IMG/VR virus record: IMGVR_UViG_3300044740_000035
Location: 1 to 53,953 of that record
Reading direction: 5' to 3' (one strand)
From: a virus
Taxonomy: Duplodnaviria > Caudoviricetes
Length of the DNA: 53,953 nucleotides
The notes under the pieces were generated by a model. It did not search any database. It was not told the origin of the DNA and was given only the letters and a program-made list of their open reading frames with translations. Position numbers and translations under genes: made by a program. The number at the start of each line of letters is the position of its first letter. The first letter of the stretch is position 1. Shown piece by piece: positions 44,341-53,169 of this stretch.

Positions 44341-44985
44341 GTGCACGACAACACCCTCGCCGACTACGAATGGCCCACCTGCCCCTGCGGGCGGCGACTA
44401 CGGCAAGACGAACTCGGCCGCGTCGCCTGCCGGCTCTGCCAGGAACGCGTCGACCTCGCACTCCGCCAGCTCCCCGGCGCCAAGGGCCTCTACGCTCGGC
44501 TCGCCACCGTCCTCGCGCCCGGCGCCGGCGGCAGCATCGGCCCCGTGTCCGGCTCCCGCACCGCGCCGCTCCCGATCCGCCTCGAACCCCTCAGTCTTCA
44601 GGCCCGCGGCGGCGTCGTCACCGTCCTCCAGGCGTGGCTTGTCGACTGGCACGAACAACTCGGCTGGCTGCACCCGCGATGGCAAGGCGGCATGCAGCAG
44701 CAGCTCAACCAGGTCGTTCACGCCCTGCGCGTCAACCTGGAGTGGGCGGCCACCTCTCATCCGGCGTTCGACGAGTTCGCCTCCGAGGTCAGCCAGTTGG
44801 TGCGGCAATGCGAGCGGCAGATCACCGGGGAGCGCAAGGAACGGCCTGTCTACGTGGCTTGCCCGTGCGGAACGACCCTCCCCATCACCGTGTCGACGCC
44901 TGGCGCGCGTTGCCGGGGCTGCAACACCCAGTACGCGCGCAGCGAGGTACTCGATCTGCCCCTCGCGGTTCGCGCCGCAGCGTGA
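44341..44985 (+). CDS. Zinc-binding phage protein, possible late-gene regulator
   Basis: RBS gaggag; N- and C-terminal Cys pairs; position before packaging genes. Confidence 0.7.
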   Translation: MHDNTLADYEWPTCPCGRRLRQDELGRVACRLCQERVDLALRQLPGAKGLYARLATVLAPGAGGSIGPVSGSRTAPLPIRLEPLSLQARGGVVTVLQAWLVDWHEQLGWLHPRWQGGMQQQLNQVVHALRVNLEWAATSHPAFDEFASEVSQLVRQCERQITGERKERPVYVACPCGTTLPITVSTPGARCRGCNTQYARSEVLDLPLAVRAAA

Positions 44986-45089
44986 CGGGCTATTGACAGG
45001 ACGAAGCCGGATCTGGACCTGCTTGCGCAGGTGATCGCCCGTATGTCACAGTGCCCTCATCGGAACACATCTGTGTCCGCAGACTTATG

Positions 45090-45118
45090 AGCCTCCAGCT
45101 TCCGGCCGGGGGCTTTCT
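45090..45118 (+). terminator. Terminator-like hairpin
   Basis: GAGCCTCCAGC-ttccg-GCCGGGGGCTT followed by TC (imperfect stem). Confidence 0.4.
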
Positions 45119-45135
45119 GCATGTCGGGGGTGAAT

Positions 45136-45378
45136 GTGCGCCCCAGCGAGCTGTACGCCGAAGACCTCGTCTTCGAGCACGAAGCCACCGCTGAAACCGG
45201 CGTCCCCGGGCCCGTGATCCGCCAGTGGGCCCGACGCGGAAAGATCCAGAAGTTCGAGGGCAACGGCCAACTCACCGGCAACGGGCACGAGTACAAGACC
45301 ATGTATGCCCTCCCGGAAATACGGGAACGGGCGCGCACCTACCGGCCCATGCCACAGCGCCGGCCCAACGCCGCCTGA
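45136..45378 (+). CDS. MerR-like HTH protein
   Basis: EATAETGVPGPVIRQWARRGKI...MYALPEI. Confidence 0.7.
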   Translation: MRPSELYAEDLVFEHEATAETGVPGPVIRQWARRGKIQKFEGNGQLTGNGHEYKTMYALPEIRERARTYRPMPQRRPNAA

Positions 45379-45504
45379 CCCCGTCTCCCTGCCGTGTGCC
45401 GCCGTTCGCTGCTGGCCGGTGGGGCGCCCGCCGTGAGGGTGGCGGGCACTGCTCGCGGGCCCGGACGACTCTGCCGGGCCCGCGAGAAGAACACGGAGGA
45501 GGCG

Positions 45505-45900
45505 GTGACCGTGGCCAGCTCTCGCCCTGCAACGAACATCGGCGTCGGCATGCCCGCGATGATCCACCTCGACGACTTCGGCGCCATGATCCGCGAAGCG
45601 TTCGGCGAGTTCGCCTACCTCGTCGGGTCGGCAGCCACAGGCAAGCAGTGGCGGGACGTGGATGTCCGGGTGATCCTGTCGGACGCCGCCTATGACGCCT
45701 TGTTCGGCAGGCTTGAGCGCCCGCCGCGCGCCAACCCGCGCTGGGCCGCCATGTGCGCCGCATTCTCCGAACTCGCCCGGCAGCGAACTGGCCTACCGGT
45801 GGACTTCCAATTCCAGCGGCAGTCCGAGGCGAACGAACTGTTCGGCGGGGGAGTGCGCGTGCCGCTCGGGATCCGCTTCCGGCCGGAGGGGTCCGAATGA
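45505..45900 (+). CDS. Minimal Pol-beta-superfamily nucleotidyltransferase
   Basis: YLVGS....WRDVDVRVIL and downstream VDFQFQ. Confidence 0.68.
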   Translation: MTVASSRPATNIGVGMPAMIHLDDFGAMIREAFGEFAYLVGSAATGKQWRDVDVRVILSDAAYDALFGRLERPPRANPRWAAMCAAFSELARQRTGLPVDFQFQRQSEANELFGGGVRVPLGIRFRPEGSE

Positions 45901-46091
45901 CCGGACGCACCCTCGCCGAATGGCACGCGATCGACGCGCCCTTCATCCCGCTCGGCGACTGGGACCCCATCCCCGGCACCTGCTCCCGCTGCGGTGAACG
46001 CGCCTGGCTGGGGGAGACCAGGTGGTGGCACGTCCTCCAGCCCTGCCCATCGCGTGGGCGGCCCGCCGACTTCGTGCCCGACCCCCACTGA
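45897..46091 (+). CDS. Small Cys/His protein
   Basis: ATGA coupling; CSRC..WWH..C. Confidence 0.6.
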   Translation: MTGRTLAEWHAIDAPFIPLGDWDPIPGTCSRCGERAWLGETRWWHVLQPCPSRGRPADFVPDPH

Positions 46092-46116
46092 CCCTCACCC
46101 TCACTGGAGCACCCTC

Positions 46117-46353
46117 ATGGACCTCGCGCCCGACCTCTCTGAGCGCCACCCCGGCACCCAGCAGCTCATGCGGCACTTCTCCTACAGCCACCTGCCCGCA
46201 CACCTGCAAGCGATCTCCGCGCCCGTCTGCCACCTCGCGGGCAGCATGGTCGTATCGCTCCCGGACGGCCCTGAGCTGACGGCAGGGCTGCGGAAGCTGT
46301 TGGAAGCGAAGGACTGCTTCGTCCGCGCCGCGCTCGACGCAAGCCGTGACTGA
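46117..46353 (+). CDS. Small helical-hairpin phage protein (possible Acb2/Tad1-like sponge)
   Basis: FSYSHLPAHLQ...LPDGPELTAGLRKLLEAKDCFVRA. Confidence 0.6.
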   Translation: MDLAPDLSERHPGTQQLMRHFSYSHLPAHLQAISAPVCHLAGSMVVSLPDGPELTAGLRKLLEAKDCFVRAALDASRD

Positions 46354-46432
46354 CGACTGTCGTTGCGCGGTCTGCGGCTGCTGCAAGCACGACCACGGTG
46401 GCTGGAACCACGAGTGGACGCCGAAGGAGTAG
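46346..46432 (+). CDS. Cys/His-rich micropeptide
   Basis: Manual ORF MTDDCRCAVCGCCKHDHGGWNHEWTPKE. Confidence 0.35.
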   Translation: MTDDCRCAVCGCCKHDHGGWNHEWTPKE

Positions 46433-46434
46433 AC

Positions 46435-46572
46435 GTGGCAGACGAGCGAGGCCCGAAGTGCTGCCCGCTGCACCCAGCCGCGACGAACCGAGCCGACCGA
46501 CGCCACGCCGATCGGCACTGCCCCTGCCGAGGCGAATGCGGCTGGCACCCCGTGGCCCGCACGCCCCGCTGA
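46435..46572 (+). CDS. Cys-rich small protein
   Basis: RBS aaggag; CC..H..CPC..C..H. Confidence 0.45.
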   Translation: MADERGPKCCPLHPAATNRADRRHADRHCPCRGECGWHPVARTPR

Positions 46573-46646
46573 CCCTGCTGCCCGGCTCTCCCACGCCGCC
46601 GGGCGGCAGGCCGAACGCCCTCAACCCTCACCCTCGGAGCACCCTC

Positions 46647-47126
46647 ATGCCCTCCACGCCTGCCGCATACGACCGTCGCGCGCCCCGCTCGGAACGCCGC
46701 CGCGCCTCCCGCGACCTCGCCCGCCGTGACGCCCGCTACGGGGCGCCCGGCCACCGCACCGGACCGCACGCGATGGTGTCGCGTCCGAAGCCGCGCCCGG
46801 CCAGCACCCGATCCGGGCAGATGCGCAAGAACTACAAGCGCAACCAGCGCGCGAAGTTCCTCGAACACCTCATCGCGCTGCCCGTCTCCGTCGAACTCGC
46901 CGAGTACTGCGACATCGACCGCTACCTGGCCATGCTCCCCGGACGGATCATCCGCCGCGAGATGGACCGCTACTCGCTCCGGTGGATCTACCGGATGTAC
47001 ATCCCCGACGCCCCTGACGGCGCCGCCACGATGACCCCGATCTGGCAGCGCCACGACGACGGCAGCGTCAGCCTGATGGGCGTCGAATGGCTGCGCGCCG
47101 ACGGCTCCCGGATCGCTGCCGCATAA
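46647..47126 (+). CDS. Hypothetical protein with a basic N-terminus
   Basis: RBS ggag within the repeated start cassette. Confidence 0.6.
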   Translation: MPSTPAAYDRRAPRSERRRASRDLARRDARYGAPGHRTGPHAMVSRPKPRPASTRSGQMRKNYKRNQRAKFLEHLIALPVSVELAEYCDIDRYLAMLPGRIIRREMDRYSLRWIYRMYIPDAPDGAATMTPIWQRHDDGSVSLMGVEWLRADGSRIAAA

Positions 47127-47152
47127 CCCACCCTCACCGCAAGGAGCACCCC

Positions 47153-47377
47153 ATGTCCGCGTTCACCGACAAGCTGAAGTCCTTCTTCTCCAATTTCGCC
47201 GAGGTCTCCCACGAGGAGCTCGCCAAGGTCGAGACCGCCGTCGAGGAGAAGGTCCGCCCGATCGTCGCCGAGGCCCGCGACGAGATCAAGCAGGACGTCA
47301 CCCGCCTCGAGGAGCAGCTCAAGGCCCTCGAGGCGAAGGTCGAGCAGACCATCAACGCTGGCCCCGCAGCGAGCTGA
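47153..47377 (+). CDS. Small coiled-coil protein
   Basis: RBS aaggag; heptads. Confidence 0.7.
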   Translation: MSAFTDKLKSFFSNFAEVSHEELAKVETAVEEKVRPIVAEARDEIKQDVTRLEEQLKALEAKVEQTINAGPAAS

Positions 47378-47379
47378 CC

Positions 47380-47532
47380 ATGCTTGAGGTCTTCTGCTAC
47401 ACGGTCGGGCTCATCCTCCTCGGCCTCGCCGCCCTGCTCCCCAACGGTGTCCCGCACCGGGACCGGATGGCCTACGCCGGGCTCGCGCTCTGGCTCCTGC
47501 CCGCCGCCGTCCACGCACTCCAAGCGCACTGA
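47380..47532 (+). CDS. Small two-TM membrane protein
   Basis: Manual ORF MLEVFCYTVGLILLGLAALL...YAGLALWLLPAAV. Confidence 0.55.
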   Translation: MLEVFCYTVGLILLGLAALLPNGVPHRDRMAYAGLALWLLPAAVHALQAH

Positions 47533-47545
47533 CGAGGGGGTGGCC

Positions 47546-48079
47546 ATGCCCGTGTCCCGCGCCGAACGGGCCGCCAACGCAGCCCGACGGGCGAAGCTCG
47601 TCGAGTACCGGCGCAAGAAGGTCCCCTACGCGGTCATCTGCAAGGAACTCGGCTACGGCAGTGAGGCGACGGCCCGCAGCGACTTCAAGAGAGCCCTCGA
47701 AGAGAGCATCGCCGCCCAGCACGCGAGCGTCGAGGTGTACCGCGAGGAGCAGCTCCTCGAGCTGGAGTTCCTTGCCGAGGAAGCCCACAGGCTGATGAAC
47801 TCCACCTACTACATGATCAGCGCTGGCGGGCGGGTAGTCCGAGACCCCGAGACCGACGAACCGTTGCTCGATCCGGGACCCAAACTGCAGGCCATGGACC
47901 GGCTCGTGAGAATCGGCGACCGCGTCGCGAAACTCCGCGGCACCGAGGCAGCCACGAAGATCGAGGGGGTGTTCAGCATCGATGCCCTCGACCGCGCCCT
48001 CATCGAAGCCCGGGAACAGCTCGCCGCTCTTGACGCTGAAGATTCAGAAGATGGAGGAGCTGAAGGCCCTCCAGGCTGA
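47546..48079 (+). CDS. terS: Terminase small subunit
   Basis: N-terminal HTH (YAVICKELGY), KLQAMDRL..I..R.AKL.G; directly upstream of the large subunit. Confidence 0.8.
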   Translation: MPVSRAERAANAARRAKLVEYRRKKVPYAVICKELGYGSEATARSDFKRALEESIAAQHASVEVYREEQLLELEFLAEEAHRLMNSTYYMISAGGRVVRDPETDEPLLDPGPKLQAMDRLVRIGDRVAKLRGTEAATKIEGVFSIDALDRALIEAREQLAALDAEDSEDGGAEGPPG

Positions 48080-49556
48080 GGTGCAGCGCCGCGAGGCGGA
48101 ACGCCTTCGCCGCATCGACGTCTTCGGGAAGTTGGGCTACACCCCGACCGCCCGGCAGCGCGAGTTCCACGACGCCGACGAGTTCGCGGTGCTGATAGGC
48201 GGAGCCGCGGGCGGCGGTAAGTCCAAGGCCCTCACCATGGAGGCCATCCGCGCCTGCGTCCTCTACCCGGGCATCCGCGTCGGCGCCTTCCGCCGCACCT
48301 ACGGCGAGCTGAAGGAATCCCTCCTCGCCGAGCTGGCACAGGTCGGATACGCGGGCGCGCTCGGCGCATCCTGGAACGGCACCGAATACGAGCTGAAGTT
48401 CAGCAACGGCTCGCTGCTGATGTTCCGCTACGCCGAGTCCGTGAAGGACGCCAGCCGGCGGCAGGGCGGCCAGTACCAGATGCTCGTCTTCGACGAGCTC
48501 ACCCTCACCCCGCCCGACGTGGTCGCGTTCTTGGAGTCCCGGCTCCGGTCGGGCCGCAGCGAGGTCCCCGTCCTCGGAGTCCGCGCCGGCACCAACCCGG
48601 GCGGCCCCGGCCACGGTCCCGTGAAGGCCCGCTACGTGGACTCCACCGACTACGGCGCCCGGGTGGCGACTGACGAGCGAGGCCGCACGGTCCGGTTCAT
48701 CCCCAGCAAACTGGCGGACAACCCGCACGTGAACAGGGAGTACGCCGACGACCTCAAGGCGCTCCCGGAGAAGCTCCGCCGGGCGTTCCTCGAAGGAGAC
48801 TGGGACTCGTTCATGGGCCAGGCTTTCGCGGAATGGCGGCACGAACGCCACACCATCGCCCCGATCACACTGCCCGCGTCGTGGCGGCGGTACGTGGGCA
48901 TCGACTGGGGTTACACCGCCCCCTGGGCCGTCGTGTGGATCGCAGTCGACGAAGACGGCCGCGCCTGGCTGTACCGGGAGCTGTATGCGACGCAGGTCGG
49001 CGAAGCCGAGCAGGCCCGCCGCATCCTCGCCGCGGAGGAAGACGGCGAGCAGGTCGCGGTCCGGTACGCGGACGATGCGATGTGGGCAACCCGCGGCGAC
49101 GCGAAGCCGATCGCCGACGTGTACGCCGAAAACGGCTGCCCGCTCACCGAGGCTGGCAAGGGACCCGGGAGCCGGATCGCGGGCTGGCAGCGCATGCACT
49201 CGTACCTCGCCGAAGCGCCGGCGTGCCCGCACCACCGGGAGCTCGGCTGGGAGACCTGCCCGAAGTTCCACGTGTTCACCAGTTGCTCGAACTTCATCCG
49301 CACGGTTCCGGCGCTGCCGCATGCGACGACGGGCAACCCGGAGGACATCGACACCACGGCCGAGGACCACCTCGCGGACGCCACCCGCTACGCCTTGATC
49401 AACATCGGGCGTGGTGCCCGCTTCCACTTCCCCGCCGCGGATCCGTCCGTGACGACGCTCGACCCGAACGCCACCAGCACCAGCCGGCCCGCACCCGCGG
49501 TGCCGTCCATCGGCGGGTTCCCGATCATGCAGGGGGGTTCGCCGTGGGGGCTTTGA
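48030..49556 (+). CDS. terL: Terminase large subunit
   Basis: GGAAGGGKS Walker A, VFDE Walker B, TNPGG, GIDWG nuclease, EDHLADATRY; start 48030 or 48051. Confidence 0.95.
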   Translation: MTLKIQKMEELKALQAEVQRREAERLRRIDVFGKLGYTPTARQREFHDADEFAVLIGGAAGGGKSKALTMEAIRACVLYPGIRVGAFRRTYGELKESLLAELAQVGYAGALGASWNGTEYELKFSNGSLLMFRYAESVKDASRRQGGQYQMLVFDELTLTPPDVVAFLESRLRSGRSEVPVLGVRAGTNPGGPGHGPVKARYVDSTDYGARVATDERGRTVRFIPSKLADNPHVNREYADDLKALPEKLRRAFLEGDWDSFMGQAFAEWRHERHTIAPITLPASWRRYVGIDWGYTAPWAVVWIAVDEDGRAWLYRELYATQVGEAEQARRILAAEEDGEQVAVRYADDAMWATRGDAKPIADVYAENGCPLTEAGKGPGSRIAGWQRMHSYLAEAPACPHHRELGWETCPKFHVFTSCSNFIRTVPALPHATTGNPEDIDTTAEDHLADATRYALINIGRGARFHFPAADPSVTTLDPNATSTSRPAPAVPSIGGFPIMQGGSPWGL

Positions 49557-51067
49557 GCTGGCTGCGTGAACGCTTCGCTCGTACCCCGGTCGCCGAGACC
49601 GTCACGGAGGCCCTGGACGCCCCGACGGCGGCGCAGGTCCGCCGGGTGGGGTACGAGTACGGCATCCCATTGAACTCGGTGTCGAAGTCGACGCAGATCG
49701 CGGCGACCAGCGAGCGGCAGCAGGTCCTCTCGCAGCTCCACCAGGCGTACATGGCGTGCAACTGGCTGAGCGCGTGCATCGACTTGATTGCCCGGACCGT
49801 CACCGCGGGCGGTCTACAGGTCGTGGCGGACACCACCGAGGACGGGTCGGTGCCCGACGAGCCGCCACAGGTGGCCCGGCTGCGCAGGCTGCTGCGGTAC
49901 ACCAACCCGCGCGAAGACATGGTCCAGCTCCTGCGGAACACGGCCACCGACCTCGAGTTGTTCGGCGACGCCTACATCGAGATCGTCACCCTCCTCGGCG
50001 AACCCGTCGCCCTGTACACGCTGGACGCGACCACCATGACGGTGATCGCCGACCAGCACGGCGAGGTCACCGGCTACGTGCAGGACGTAGACGGCGTCCG
50101 CACCGCCAGCTTCGACCCCAACCAGGTCATCCACATCAGCCTCGACGCGCCCCGCGGCGGCCTGTACGGCGTCAGCCCCGCGCAGAAGGCGCTGCTGCCG
50201 GTCACGGCGTGGCTGTTCACGATGGCGACGCTGAAGGAATGCTTCCGCAGGGGCGACCCGCCGCGGCTGCACGTCGACCTGCAGCACTTCCAGGACACGG
50301 ACGTGCAGCGGTGGCGGGAGCAGTACCGCGTCTTCAACCTTGGCCCGAAGGCTGTCGGTGAGCCCGTCGTGACCACGGGTGGCGGCATCGTCGGCGTCCT
50401 CGACCAGCGGAAAGTCACCGACTACCTCGACGCCGACCGGCAGCTCCGCGACCAGATCATCGCCGCATTCGGCGTGCCCCCGGCCAAGCTGGGGATCATC
50501 GAGACCGGCAACCTGGGCGGCGGCACGGGCGAGTCGCAGGACAAGACCTTCCGGGTGAACACCGTGATCCCGGTGGCGAACCTGATCCTGGAGAAGCTGA
50601 ACTTCCACCTGGTGCAGCAGGGCTTCGGCATCGAGGGATGGAACCTGGAGTTCGGTGAGATCGACTACCGCGACTCCAAGGTCATCGAAGAGATCCGCGA
50701 CACCAGGCTCCGCAACGGCGCCTACACCCTCAACCGTTATCGCGACGAGATCGGCGAAGGCCCCGTCGACGGCGGCGACGACCCGGTGCTCGTCGACCGG
50801 CAGAACCTCGTTCTGTGGTCGGACATGGCCCGCATGTCCGAGGCCGTCATCGCGAAAAACGCCGCACCCGGCGTTGCGGCCGGCGTTCAGGTCAACGGCG
50901 TCCAGCTCGCACCCCAGCCCGAGCCGGACGACGGCCTGCCGCCGGATCCGCCGACCCCGCCGGACCAGCTCCGGCCACCACCGGAGGACGAGCCGGAACC
51001 GGAGGAGTCCGCCGACTGGGACCTCGCCTACGAACGGTTCCTGTGCGAGCAACTCGCCCGGCTGTAG
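49544..51067 (+). CDS. Portal protein
   Basis: DLELFGDAY.E, VIHI..G.SP, IIAAFGVPPAKLG, TLN..R..IG..PVDGGD; follows terL. Confidence 0.9.
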   Translation: MGALSWLRERFARTPVAETVTEALDAPTAAQVRRVGYEYGIPLNSVSKSTQIAATSERQQVLSQLHQAYMACNWLSACIDLIARTVTAGGLQVVADTTEDGSVPDEPPQVARLRRLLRYTNPREDMVQLLRNTATDLELFGDAYIEIVTLLGEPVALYTLDATTMTVIADQHGEVTGYVQDVDGVRTASFDPNQVIHISLDAPRGGLYGVSPAQKALLPVTAWLFTMATLKECFRRGDPPRLHVDLQHFQDTDVQRWREQYRVFNLGPKAVGEPVVTTGGGIVGVLDQRKVTDYLDADRQLRDQIIAAFGVPPAKLGIIETGNLGGGTGESQDKTFRVNTVIPVANLILEKLNFHLVQQGFGIEGWNLEFGEIDYRDSKVIEEIRDTRLRNGAYTLNRYRDEIGEGPVDGGDDPVLVDRQNLVLWSDMARMSEAVIAKNAAPGVAAGVQVNGVQLAPQPEPDDGLPPDPPTPPDQLRPPPEDEPEPEESADWDLAYERFLCEQLARL

Positions 51068-51167
51068 GGGGTGACCATGGGTGGTGGACATCCGACGCGG
51101 GCCCAGGACGTCGGCCCGCTAATTCGCAAGGAGATCGGCTGAATTCTCGGCGGGTGAAGGAGGTGTC

Positions 51168-52460
51168 GTGGCCAGCCCCGATTACTCCGACGGCTGCATG
51201 ATCGCCCTCTATTCGCCTCAGCAACTCGCCGAGAGCCTCGCTGTACCCGACGGGCTCGACCCGGCCGACATGCACGTCACCGTCGCCTACCTCGGCAGCA
51301 CGGCCGACGTCGACCGCGACAGCCTCAACGCTGCCGCTCAAGCCCTCGCCGCCCGGCGACCGATTGAAGCGACCTTGTCCGGGCACGCCCGGTTCACTGG
51401 CGGAGACCAAGACGTGATCGTCGCGCTCATCGACTCGCCGCACCTCGAAGACCTGCGCCGCGACACCCTGGACGCCCTTGACGAGCGCGACGTGGCCGTT
51501 CCGAGAGAGCACGGCTACACGCCGCACCTCACGATCACGTACATCGACCAGGGCGATGATGCCCCTGTCGACCGGCTCGACGCGCAGCCGGTCAACTTCA
51601 CCGCCGTGTCTGCGGTCTATGGCGCCGAGCGCACCGACTTCCGGTTCCTCCTGGCAGAGACGGCACCGTCACGAGTCGCGGCCGAGAACGCCACCATCCA
51701 ACTCGGCGACCTGAAGGGCATCTGGCGCCCGGTGTACGCCCACCGGCAGGCCCTGCACGCCACCGCCGACAAGCTCGTCCTCGACGCGTGGCGGCGCGAC
51801 ATCGAAGGGATCAGCCTGCGGGACGCCGTCACAGCGGCGCAGCGACTGGCGGGCGAGACCGTCACGGACGCCCAGCGCAGACGGCGTGACGCTGCGGCAG
51901 CCGCCGTCCTCGCCGCACTGTCCGCACGCTCGTGGCGGCGCACCAAGACGGCCCTCGCCACCGCAGCCAAGCGCGCCCACCGCACCGGATGGGCCGCCGG
52001 ACACGCCATCGTCACCCGCGACCAGGACGACGACAGCCCCTACGACGAACCCGACAGCGACTACAGCGTCGGCTCACCCGACATGAGCGACCACCTCGCC
52101 CAAGGCACCGCCACCGCAACCTTGACCGCCGCACTCGCCGCCACCGCACGCCGCGCCGGCCGCGCCATCGCCGACGGCGGCGACACGGAAGACGGGGGAG
52201 AAGGCGACGGCGAGAACGTCCTCGACGACGGCTACGACATCAGCCTCGCCACCGACGTCGCCATCTCCGCCGCCTACGGCGCCGGAATGCTCGCCGCCTA
52301 CATCGCCGCAGGCCTGCAATCCCTGAACTGGATCACGGCAGGCGACGAAAGAGTCTGCGAAGCCTGCATCGCCAACGAAGCCGGCGGCCCCTACAGCCTC
52401 CTCGGCACCCCAAGACTCCCCGCCCACCCCCGCTGCCGCTGCGTCCTGGTAGGCGCCTGA
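51168..52460 (+). CDS. 2H phosphoesterase (Acb1/2'-5' RNA ligase-like) fused to a MuF/SPP1 gp7-like minor head domain
   Basis: HVTV and HLTI 2H motifs in the first ~160 aa; C-terminal WITAGDERVC..C...PAHPRCRC. Confidence 0.8.
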   Translation: MASPDYSDGCMIALYSPQQLAESLAVPDGLDPADMHVTVAYLGSTADVDRDSLNAAAQALAARRPIEATLSGHARFTGGDQDVIVALIDSPHLEDLRRDTLDALDERDVAVPREHGYTPHLTITYIDQGDDAPVDRLDAQPVNFTAVSAVYGAERTDFRFLLAETAPSRVAAENATIQLGDLKGIWRPVYAHRQALHATADKLVLDAWRRDIEGISLRDAVTAAQRLAGETVTDAQRRRRDAAAAAVLAALSARSWRRTKTALATAAKRAHRTGWAAGHAIVTRDQDDDSPYDEPDSDYSVGSPDMSDHLAQGTATATLTAALAATARRAGRAIADGGDTEDGGEGDGENVLDDGYDISLATDVAISAAYGAGMLAAYIAAGLQSLNWITAGDERVCEACIANEAGGPYSLLGTPRLPAHPRCRCVLVGA

Positions 52461-52471
52461 CTGGAGGAACG

Positions 52472-52939
52472 ATGCCCAACAACCCGGTGTTCACCCCGGT
52501 CGACAACAACGGCAACGTGATCGGTGCCGCGGGCAGCCCGTCGACGGTGACCATCAGTGGAACACCGACCGTGATCGCCTCGGCGCCCGCGACGGTCGCC
52601 CTCTACTCCGAGGCCACTACATCCCGCACGACGAGCAGCACGACGGCCACACAGACGTGGACCAACGACGTCACGCAGGCCATCGTCGGCGTCAACGTCA
52701 CCGCATTCGCGGGCGGCACGAACGTCGTCGTCGGCCTTCAGCAGCAGGACGCCAACGGCATCTGGCAGACCCTTGCCTCCTCGGCGGCAATCACCGCTGT
52801 CGGCACGGCGGCGTTCTCCGTCGGGCCCGGCATGCAGACCGGTGCGGTCCTCGTCGCGGGAGGCTCCTACCGGCTGGCGTGGACGCTGACCGGCACGTTT
52901 ACCACGCTTTCCTTCCAACTGTCCGTGCAGGGCAGGTGA
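52472..52939 (+). CDS. Beta-rich putative virion protein
   Basis: RBS ggagg; Thr/Val-rich beta-sandwich-like sequence among head genes. Confidence 0.65.
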   Translation: MPNNPVFTPVDNNGNVIGAAGSPSTVTISGTPTVIASAPATVALYSEATTSRTTSSTTATQTWTNDVTQAIVGVNVTAFAGGTNVVVGLQQQDANGIWQTLASSAAITAVGTAAFSVGPGMQTGAVLVAGGSYRLAWTLTGTFTTLSFQLSVQGR

Positions 52940-52944
52940 GCCGC

Positions 52945-53169
52945 GTGTACGAGATCCCGCGAGGGAAACGCGCTGTCCGCCGAGCCGTGACCCGCGAAGA
53001 CGTCGAAGCCGAACAAGCCGAGGCCGAACTCCGGGATTGGCTCCTCGACGTCATCGAGAACGACCCCGACGTGCGCGCCGCGGTCCTCCGCGTCATCGCC
53101 GGAGCGCCCAAGCCCCGGCAGCCGAGACCGACCACCACGCAGCCTGTGCGACGAGGAAGGGGACGCTGA
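52945..53169 (+). CDS. Hypothetical protein
   Basis: Coupled to the next gene (TGATG); alternative start 52936. Confidence 0.55.
   Translation: MYEIPRGKRAVRRAVTREDVEAEQAEAELRDWLLDVIENDPDVRAAVLRVIAGAPKPRQPRPTTTQPVRRGRGR

Noticed and set aside
44993-45021. TTGACA as a late promoter
   Set aside because: No acceptable -10 hexamer at 16-18 bp spacing.
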